Shown: in pieces, positions 16,867-24,700 of the stretch
Layout of the letters: every line of letters begins with the position of its first letter
Numbering within the stretch: the first letter of the stretch is position 1
Assembly (NCBI GenBank): GCA_946627905.1
Contig: CAMOVY010000001.1
Span: 1 to 28,923 of the forward strand
DNA: 28,923 nt
Source: an uncultured Clostridia bacterium
GTDB taxonomy: Bacteria; Bacillota; Clostridia; Christensenellales; Borkfalkiaceae
Direction of reading: 5' to 3'
Notes under the pieces: model-generated
The model's input: only the letters and a program-made list of their open reading frames with translations
Database searches by the model: none
Told to the model about the DNA's origin: nothing
Position numbers and translations under genes: made by a program

Positions 16867-18588
16867 CTATTTTTTCATTATCTCTTCAAAGTCTTTCTTT
16901 ACGGCTATAAAACTCGCTTCCGCCGCAGCCTTATCCTTACCCGTAAGCGAATAGTAAACCTTTAATTTGGGTTCTGTGCCGGAAGGTCTTAAGCAAATAA
17001 AGCCGCCGCCTTCAAGTTCGTAGTATATAGCGTTCACCGCGGAACAGTTTATCTTGGTTATTTTGTCGCCTTCCGTTCTTATTAAAGTCGAATAGTCGCG
17101 CTTTGCGATAACTTTAACGCCGCCGACCTGTTTTATCGTCTTCGACTTCATTTTGTCAACGACGGCGTTCATATCGCGCATAGCATTAAGCCCGCTATAT
17201 ACCGTGCTTACGCTATTATCGCATACGTAGCCGTACTTTTCGTAAATCTGCTGTAATCTGTCGTACACCTTTATGCCGTGCGCGGTGTAATAACACACCA
17301 TTTCAGCAAACAGCATACTCGCCACAACCGCGTCTTTATCCCTTGCGTGCGTGCCGCGAAGATATCCGCAACTTTCTTCGAACCCGAAAATGAAACGGCG
17401 TTTACCCGTATCGTCGAATTTCTTGATTTTTTCGCCTATAAACTTAAATCCGACGGGTACTTCCATCATTTCCACCTTATAGTCGTCGGCGATAAGTTTA
17501 GCAAGGCTTGTAGACACGAAAGATTTTACCACGAAACATTTTTTGTTGATATCGCCTTTCTTCTTTAATCTGCCTAAAATGTAATCGAGCAAAAGTATCC
17601 CCGTCTGATTGCCCGAAAGCGCCATAAAGTCGCCCGAACCGTCGCGGATGGCAACGCCTAATCTGTCGCAGTCGGGGTCAGTTCCGAATACCACGTCCGC
17701 ACCTTCGGCGTTCGCTTGGGAAATAGCAAGCGACAACGTCTCTTTATATTCGGGGTTCGGCACTTCCACCGTGGAAAATTCGGTATCTTCGTCTACCTGT
17801 TCCTGCACTACCGAAACCTTTATGCCGAGTTTTTTAAGTATCGTCATTACGGGCACGTAGCCGCTGCCGTGTACGGGAGTGTAAACGAGTTTTATATCCT
17901 TTCCCACCTCTTCGGTTTCTTCGGGCGAAAGCACTAGTTTCTTTATTTCGTCAAAATACCGCTTATCAAGTCTTTTACCGATAAATTTGACGTATTTTAA
18001 CGCTAACTTTTTCGAATACGGTATTTTGTCCGAAAGCGGCGATTTTATCTGTTCTATAAAGTTAACGACTTTCGCCGTCGCTTCGGGCGACATCTGTGCG
18101 CCGTCTTCGCCGTATACTTTGTAGCCGTTATATTCTTTGGGGTTATGGCTTGCCGTAATCATTATACCCGCAACGCAGTTAAGGTCGCGAACGGCATAAG
18201 ATAACATAGGTACGGGATGCACGTGTTCGAAAATATATACTTTTATTTTATTCGACGCAAGCACGACGGCGGCGGCGGAAGCAAATTCCTTTGACAGCCT
18301 TCTCGTGTCGTAAGAAATAGCGACGCCGCGAAGTTTCGCCACAGGTCCGCGCTTTTTTATGTATTCCGCAAGTCCTTGAGTCGCGCGTTTAACGGTATAA
18401 ACGTTCATCATATTAGTGCCCATACCTATTATGCCGCGCATACCCGCCGTGCCGAATTCAAGGTCTTTACCGAAACGATATTCTATTTCTTTGTCGTTAT
18501 CTTTAATCAGCGACAATTCCTGTCTCTCAATCGGTTTAAGTTTTGCGCTCTTTACCCACTCTTCATACAAATCTCTGTACATAGCCAT
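16867..18588 (-). CDS. Phosphoglucomutase/phosphomannomutase
   Basis: FGTAGMRG, TASHNP, DPDCDR, FEESCGY, RPSGTEPKLK. Confidence 0.95.
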   Translation of the reverse strand: MAMYRDLYEEWVKSAKLKPIERQELSLIKDNDKEIEYRFGKDLEFGTAGMRGIIGMGTNMMNVYTVKRATQGLAEYIKKRGPVAKLRGVAISYDTRRLSKEFASAAAVVLASNKIKVYIFEHVHPVPMLSYAVRDLNCVAGIMITASHNPKEYNGYKVYGEDGAQMSPEATAKVVNFIEQIKSPLSDKIPYSKKLALKYVKFIGKRLDKRYFDEIKKLVLSPEETEEVGKDIKLVYTPVHGSGYVPVMTILKKLGIKVSVVQEQVDEDTEFSTVEVPNPEYKETLSLAISQANAEGADVVFGTDPDCDRLGVAIRDGSGDFMALSGNQTGILLLDYILGRLKKKGDINKKCFVVKSFVSTSLAKLIADDYKVEMMEVPVGFKFIGEKIKKFDDTGKRRFIFGFEESCGYLRGTHARDKDAVVASMLFAEMVCYYTAHGIKVYDRLQQIYEKYGYVCDNSVSTVYSGLNAMRDMNAVVDKMKSKTIKQVGGVKVIAKRDYSTLIRTEGDKITKINCSAVNAIYYELEGGGFICLRPSGTEPKLKVYYSLTGKDKAAAEASFIAVKKDFEEIMKK

Positions 18589-18621
18589 TATGTTCCCTAG
18601 ATAATTTTATTGATATTTTAT

Positions 18622-18650
18622 ATTATATTGTATAGTTTATTAGTTGTCAA
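18622..18650 (-). promoter_or_regulatory. Consensus SigA promoter of the pgm operon
   Basis: Exact TTGACA-N17-TATAAT. Confidence 0.9.
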
Positions 18651-18720
18651 AGTTTTTCGTAATTTATTTGCCGAACTTATGATAATAGCAAAGTTTTTTT
18701 TAAAAAGGAATTGCAAACAG

Positions 18721-18749
18721 TTGACATTAAAAGGACATTTTGATACAAT
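18721..18749 (+). promoter_or_regulatory. SigA promoter of the tRNA cluster
   Basis: TTGACA-N17-TACAAT with a TG extension, 29 nt upstream of tRNA-Gly. Confidence 0.88.
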
Positions 18750-18778
18750 TTATAAGCGTCTTGTGAAAACGACGGCGT

Positions 18779-18849
<71 letters not shown>

Positions 18850-18852
<3 letters not shown>

Positions 18853-18888
18853 TCTGATAAACCGAAAATAATTCGGTTTATCAGATGG
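18850..18888. repeat. 17-bp perfect inverted repeat starting at the tRNA-Gly CCA
   Basis: CCATCTGATAAACCGAA-AATAA-TTCGGTTTATCAGATGG; no U tract follows. Confidence 0.85.
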
Positions 18889-18973
18889 GGCGAGTATTTG
18901 CGGAGAGAACATAAATTCTGTCGTTGTTTTTAGAAAATGCCGCTTAAAACAAGACGTATCAAGAAGGGTGTAT

Positions 18974-19050
18974 GCACCTGTAGCTCAGTTGGATAGAGCA
19001 CCGGCCTTCTAAGCCGGGTGTCAGGGGTTCGAATCCCTTCAGGCGCACCA
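18974..19050 (+). tRNA. tRNA-Arg(TCT)
   Basis: Anticodon arm CCGGC-CTTCTAA-GCCGG, GGTTCGAATCC, CCA; A3-C70 mismatch. Confidence 0.93.
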
Positions 19051-19054
19051 TTAT

Positions 19055-19132
19055 GGCGGGCGTAGCTCAGTTGGTTAGAGCGCAAGATTGTGGTCCTTGA
19101 GGTCGTGGGTTCGATTCCCATCACCCGCCCCA
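19055..19132 (+). tRNA. tRNA-His(GTG), including encoded G-1
   Basis: Loop TTGTGGT, C73 discriminator, G-1; C6-A67 and A31-C39 mismatches. Confidence 0.9.
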
Positions 19133-19401
19133 AATATAAAACGAGCGTTGCTCGTTTTGGATTTGGGTGGGTACTTGCGGAGAGAACACAGGGACGGTCG
19201 TCATTTGACGGACTACCCTGACGGTACGAGACCATCGTAGCAAACTTTGTTTGCGGAGATGCTTCCCACGTCTATATCAACCTTAAATCAAAGCGCGTTT
19301 TCGGTTTTGATTTTTGGGCAGGGTACTTGCGGAGAGAACACAGGTTTCGCGCGGCAAGACAGCGACGAGGTGCGGAAAACAAAAAATCCGACCCTTTAAA
19401 T

Positions 19402-19477
19402 AGGGGTGTAGCCAAGTGGTTAAGGCACCGGATTTTGATTCCGGCACTCGTAGGTTCAAATCCTGCCACCCCTGCCA
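19402..19477 (+). tRNA. tRNA-Gln(TTG)
   Basis: AGGGGTG/CACCCCT acceptor, CCGGA-TTTTGAT-TCCGG, CCA. Confidence 0.93.
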
Positions 19478-19493
19478 AGAACAAATATTTTAC

Positions 19494-19569
19494 GGCCCAT
19501 TAGCTCAGTTGGTAGAGCACGTGACTTTTAATCACGGTGTCCGGGGTTCGAATCCCCGATGGACCACCA
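19494..19569 (+). tRNA. tRNA-Lys(TTT)
   Basis: CGTGA-CTTTTAA-TCACG, GGTTCGAATCC, CCA; C3-A70 mismatch. Confidence 0.93.
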
Positions 19570-19716
19570 CGTCAGAGCAAGGCTTTTTATAAGCCGTTCG
19601 CACAGGGCGCAAACGGCATTATTTTTCAGCCTGCTCTTCCTTTTCCCAAAAATCTTTTGCAAAGCAAAATATTTTCGGGAGCCCTGATTTTTACAAGCGG
19701 AAACGCTTGCTAAATT

Positions 19717-19792
19717 GTTCCATTAGCTCAGTTGGTAGAGCACCTGACTCTTAATCAGGGTGTCCAGGGTTCGAGTCCCTGATGGAGCACCA
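19717..19792 (+). tRNA. tRNA-Lys(CTT)
   Basis: CCTGA-CTCTTAA-TCAGG, GGTTCGAGTCC, CCA. Confidence 0.94.
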
Positions 19793-19958
19793 TAAAAAAC
19801 CGATAGGAAAACCCTATCGGTTTTTTATGTTTGTTTCTAAACGACTCGCATAAATTCGCTTGCGAATTTTTCGGTTATCTTTTGCGATAGCAAAAGTATC
19901 TTGCCGAGGGGTGCCCCTTTTAAGGGGTTTCGGCAAAATCCCTGATGGAGCACCATAA
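19776..19958 (+). repeat. 20-bp direct repeat of the tRNA-Lys(CTT) 3' end (19776-19795 and 19939-19958) enclosing a palindrome-rich 143 bp
   Basis: TCCCTGATGGAGCACCATAA occurs twice, exactly. Confidence 0.9.
19791..19835 (+). terminator. Intrinsic terminator of the tRNA cluster
   Basis: CATAAAAAACCGATAGG-AAAAC-CCTATCGGTTTTTTATG followed by a T-rich tail. Confidence 0.8.
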
Positions 19959-19982
19959 GATAGCGTGCGGCTTATTCCACAC

Positions 19983-20024
19983 GCAAAAAAAGCGCAACTC
20001 CAAACGAATTGCGTCTTTTTTTGC
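19983..20024. terminator. Likely bidirectional terminator downstream of the ZIP gene
   Basis: GCAAAAAAAG-CGCAA...TTGCG-T-CTTTTTTTGC. Confidence 0.6.
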
Positions 20025-20043
20025 TGTTTTTTATCTTATTACA

Positions 20044-20835
20044 CTACCCCAAAGCGACGTCCAGCGCCATCATTATAACAAATCCGAACATTACGCCCCA
20101 TGTGCCGAGATGCGGATTTTTTTCAAACTTAGCGTCGGGAATAAGGTCTTCCGCCACGACGAAAATCATAGCGCCCGCCGCGAACGCAAGTAGCCACGGT
20201 TGGGCTTTAATCAAAGAAGACGCTAAAAAGTAGCCTATAACCGCGGCAAAGGGTTCTACCGCCCCGCTACCCATACCGAACAGAAAAGACTTCGTACTGC
20301 TGCCCGTAGCCCTTTTAAGCGGTAAAGACACCGCCGCCCCTTCCGGAAAATTCTGCACCGCTATACCGATTGCAAGCCCCAACGCGGCAACCGCCGCTTC
20401 CTGCGTGCCGATAACTGCCGCAGCGCCGAACGCAAACCCCACCGCCAAGCCTTCGGGGATATTATGTATCGTCATCGCAAGAAACATTTTTATGGGTTTA
20501 TTTAGCGCGGAAACAGGTCCTTCTTCCTGACTTGTGCCCGCGTGGAAGTGCGGCACAGCCTTGTCTAATAGCACTAAAAACAACCCGCCCGCTATAAAGC
20601 CCACTACTGCAGGCACAAAGTTCCAGTCGCCGTAAGTTTCCGCCGCGCCTTCGATAGAAGGAATAAGAAGCGACCAGACCGACGCCGCTATCATTATTCC
20701 CGCGGCGAAACCCAAAAACAACGCGTTCGCCTTTTCCGAAATATCTTTTTTGAAGAAAAACACCAAAGCAGCCCCCGAAGTCGTTGCTAAAAATATAATA
20801 GCAAACCCTAATATCGTCATCCATGCGGTACTCAT
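20044..20835 (-). CDS. ZIP family divalent metal transporter (ZupT/GufA-like)
   Basis: HNIPEG and QNFPEG motifs, multiple TMs; start MSTAW after an AAAGGAGA RBS. Confidence 0.92.
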   Translation of the reverse strand: MSTAWMTILGFAIIFLATTSGAALVFFFKKDISEKANALFLGFAAGIMIAASVWSLLIPSIEGAAETYGDWNFVPAVVGFIAGGLFLVLLDKAVPHFHAGTSQEEGPVSALNKPIKMFLAMTIHNIPEGLAVGFAFGAAAVIGTQEAAVAALGLAIGIAVQNFPEGAAVSLPLKRATGSSTKSFLFGMGSGAVEPFAAVIGYFLASSLIKAQPWLLAFAAGAMIFVVAEDLIPDAKFEKNPHLGTWGVMFGFVIMMALDVALG

Positions 20836-20930
20836 AATATCTCCTTTGTACAAAATTAAAGTTTTTTTCAGTTTACCATATATTATACGTTTTCGGCAAC
20901 TTTTTCGTTCGGTTAAAACGCGTTTAAACT

Positions 20931-20963
20931 TTTCCGCGGCGCGGTATCACCGCGCCGCGGAAA
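20931..20963. terminator. GC-rich 14-bp perfect stem-loop after the adhesin operon
   Basis: TTTCCGCGGCGCGG-TATCA-CCGCGCCGCGGAAA; U tract is weak. Confidence 0.55.
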
Positions 20964-20996
20964 GACACAGACGGTTATAAATTGCTTATACTTACA

Positions 20997-21746
20997 TTAT
21001 TCTGCGGCGACTTTTGCCGCTCTTCTTTTTTCCGCTCTCTGCAATCTACGCGCTTCCGCCGCCGCTTCTCTTTCGCGCTTATTGTTCTCTATAGCAACGT
21101 CGATAAGCCCTTTAGCCGTTTCGTACGCGGCGACGTCGATAACCTTGATTTCCGTATCTTTAACGGAAATTTTAGTTTCCGCGTCGTTTTTACGGTACTG
21201 TTTCATCAAATCGTTTTCCAGATGAAATTTAGCCACCGTTATACCGCGCTTAATCGTAAGGCGTATAACCGATTTTCTGTCCGCTTTTACCTGCACTTCG
21301 GTTTTGGCGCGGTTTTCTTCGGCGTTGTCTTTACTCATACCGTAAGCGAGCAAGCCGTCGAAAAATCCTTTCTGTTCCTGCGTAAGTTCCGCATAGTTTT
21401 CTTCTAAAGTTTTGCGCGCCGCTTTAGGTACGGTAAACGAATTTTCATCCGTCAGCACGGCAGTAGCCGTCTCTTCCGCCGCCTGATTTACGACCGTTTC
21501 GCGCGCCGCAGTTCCCGTATATCCCACGGGCAAAAGCATCATACCCTTGGGAACTAAAGTATAATCGGGAGTATCGGCTTTTGCATCGTCGCCTTTCCCC
21601 GCTTTCTTTCTGCGCGCTAATTTCACTATCGCCCAGATAATAAAGCATACTAAAAGAAGCGCAAGTATCGCGGTATCCACCCCGAGCAGTATAGCGACTA
21701 AAGTTTCGTTTTCGGAAACGACGCCCGCTAATAAATTGATCAACAT
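20997..21746 (-). CDS. Hypothetical single-pass membrane protein, apparently co-transcribed with the adhesin
   Basis: GGAGG RBS 18 nt after the adhesin stop; hydrophobic helix followed by basic residues; charged helical C-terminus; no family recognised. Confidence 0.75.
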   Translation of the reverse strand: MLINLLAGVVSENETLVAILLGVDTAILALLLVCFIIWAIVKLARRKKAGKGDDAKADTPDYTLVPKGMMLLPVGYTGTAARETVVNQAAEETATAVLTDENSFTVPKAARKTLEENYAELTQEQKGFFDGLLAYGMSKDNAEENRAKTEVQVKADRKSVIRLTIKRGITVAKFHLENDLMKQYRKNDAETKISVKDTEIKVIDVAAYETAKGLIDVAIENNKREREAAAEARRLQRAEKRRAAKVAAE

Positions 21747-21764
21747 TTTTCTTCCTCCGTTTTT

Positions 21765-24700
21765 TTATTTTTCCGCGTATTCTTCGCGAATTTTCCTGAT
21801 TAGTATTACGATAACGATAAACCCGCAAAGCGTAGTTCCCGCTATTACCGGCCAGAAGAACCACCCGTTAATATTCAGCCCTTCCGCTATATTGCTCGCG
21901 ATAAGCGTAATCACGCCGTTATCCGTTTGTGCGTTAAAACCTATACCGCCGTTTCCGTCGTACGTACCGGAAAGGCTTTCGAGCGTTCCGCCGTTTACAA
22001 TGTACATTGCGCCCGTATCGGCGTCGTACCCGTTAGGCGGATAAACAATATACGTCAACTCGTCGTCAATCGCGGGGTTGCCGTTTTCATCTGTTATGGT
22101 TATAACCATTTCCACGCCGTTTTCGCCCACCTGTTCGGAATACGCTTCCGTATGATTTTCCATAAGCGTTGCCGTATACTCGTAATCGGGGTCAAGCCCT
22201 ACGATATAACCCCTTATTTCTCCGTTTTCGTCTATAATGGCGGTTTTAACCGAAATACGCAGCCTTGCGGTAAGCGTTATGTCCTGCGCGTCGTAATTTT
22301 CGTTTACCGAAGATATCAGGGCGGTTATTCCGTAATTCCCCGCTAGCGAAGCACCGTCAAAATCCACACCGTCTTTATCCTTATACGCTATAACTTCGAT
22401 AAATTCCGCCGCTTCGCCGCTGATTTGTGCGTATATCATATGAACGTTTCCGTCTTCAAGCACCGTCTTACCGTTGAAAATCACGTCGCCGCCGTTTATC
22501 CAGTTCGCAAGGTCGCCTGATGTTATCGCTTTCCTGTTTACCGTAAGCGTCGCGGCGTTTATGACGGTTATCTCGTAGTTATCAAGGAATGTCATCGGCG
22601 AACGTCTGTTCTCGTCTTCCGCCTTATCAAAATCCAAGGTTATAAGATACGTGCCTACGTTATCGCCTGCCATATAACCCGTTATCAACGTTTTCAAAAG
22701 CGCGTTGTTTGTTTCTTCCGAAGATAAAAGCCATACCGCCCCTACGTGTGCTTGCATTTCGCTCCCGAAAGTTATAACGTCTTCGTCGAGCATTACGACA
22801 ACTTCGATTTCCGCGCGGTTTATCACCAAAGTCGCGGTAGTGTTGGTAATCGTAAAATTATCTTTGTCCGCACCGTTGTATTCCGCGTTTACAGCGAAAC
22901 TACCCGCGTTTATTCTTTCCGCGTCAACTACCGTGGGCGCGCTTTCGGGCATTACCGCCGTATTTTCCCATACAGCCGTCGGGTCTTTCTGCGTGCCGTC
23001 GTAAGTGCAAGTTAAACCGCTCCATACGATAGTCGCCGTCGCTTTCTTTATTTCATAACTTTTCGTCGTCGTTATAACGCCGCTGTCAAACTCGAAATTA
23101 TCCGTGTCTGCGGAACTTATCGCCGCCGTCGCAATATAATCGTTTGCCGCGTTTTTAAATTCTTTGTTTACTGATATTTCAAGGTCTATAACTACGTCGT
23201 TTGCCGTTTTGCCCTGCGCCGTTATGACTTGCACCGCTCCGTTATACGTATAGTCGTTTTCGTTCCATTCTATGGAAACGATTGTGGCAATTCCCGCGGT
23301 AAAGTATCCTTTATACCAGTTTATCGAGTAATTTTCAAGCAAATCTTCGTCTCCGTAATAATTCAGATGCCCGTATCCCGCAATCATTACGTAATACGAT
23401 TCCCCGACGGTGCCGGTCGGCGTCCAATCGGTTTCCAAATCGACACCGTTTAAGGTCTGAAAGACGAAATCTCTCTCGCTTTCGGGAATATTGCCGCTAT
23501 ACTCTTCGATAATCGAATAACTTAAAACCGCTTCCTGCCCGTAATTAGCATAGCCGTTAAGGCTTATACTGAGCGATACTTTCCGTATTTCGGCAACCGT
23601 TTCATTATAAGTAATCGTAAAGTTATCTTTATCTGCGCCGTCATACGTCGCGATTGCCGAGTAAGTGCCCGCGTTTATCATTTCGTCGTGATTGACCGTC
23701 GGTTCACCTATGGGGAAAATATCCCCCTTCCACCAAGTCGCCTTAGCGGATTTCGGCGTGCCGTCGTAAACGAAACTGTTTGCTGTCCAAAGTACGATAG
23801 CCGTTCTTTTCCCTATCGTGAAACTCTGCGTATCGTTGGTTATAGTAAAGTTCGTTGCGTCAGCGCCCGTTATAGCCGCCGTAGCGGTGTACGCCGTATC
23901 GCTCGCGTTTACCTGTTCGCCTGAAACGACGAGGTCGCTACCCGCGTTAAGCGCTACCGTGTCCGTCCATGTTGCGGTGGGCTTTTGCGCCTGCGCGTTA
24001 TAGGTAAACGAAATATTTGTCCAACTTACCGAAACGTTCCGTTTGATTATCGTGTAATTATAATCGCAACCCGTGCTCGGCAGAACGTAGTTTTCCGCCA
24101 CCGTGCCGTTTTCCGCCGTAAAGCCCGTTATCGTTTTAACGTACGGCGTTTCACTTGCGTTTACGCCGTTATCGCCCGTAATTACGGGTATTAACGTATC
24201 TCCCGATACTAAATTCGTAAAGGTTGCGCTAACCGTATACTCCGTTCCGTCGTATACTTTCGTTCCGCCGTTTGCGTCGCTCCAAGAGATTACGAGTTCT
24301 ATCGGACTTATCACCAAAGTCGCGGTTGTGTTCGTAATCGTAAAATTATCTTTGTCCGCGCCGTTGTATTCCGCGTTTACGGCGAAACTACCCGCATTTA
24401 TTCTTTCCGCGTAAACTACTGCGGGCGCGCTTTCGGGCATTACCGCCGCTACTCCCCATACAGCCGTCGGGTCTTTCTGCGTACCGTCGTAAATTGCCGT
24501 TAAACTACTCCATACTATTGTCGCCGTCGCTTTTTTTATCTCATATCCTTTGGTTTTGGCAACGCCGTAAGCAAAATCGAAATTCGTAGCGTCCGCCGCG
24601 CTTATCGAAGCCGTGGCGATATAATCCGCCGCGGCGTTTTTAAATTCTTTGTTTACCGTTATTTCAAGCGTAATCACTTGCCCGTAACCGGTGCTGCCCG

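Larger units (their letters stand above)
18894..19344 (+). repeat. Three copies of GTAYTTGCGGAGAGAACA in tRNA spacers (18894-18911, 19171-19188, 19323-19340)
   Basis: Direct sequence comparison; copies 2 and 3 share 24 identical bp (19169-19192 and 19321-19344). Confidence 0.9.

Noticed and set aside
18894-19344. Repeated 18-24 bp motif as a CRISPR array
   Set aside because: Only three copies, spacing 277 and 152 bp with tRNAs and hairpins between, and no cas genes.
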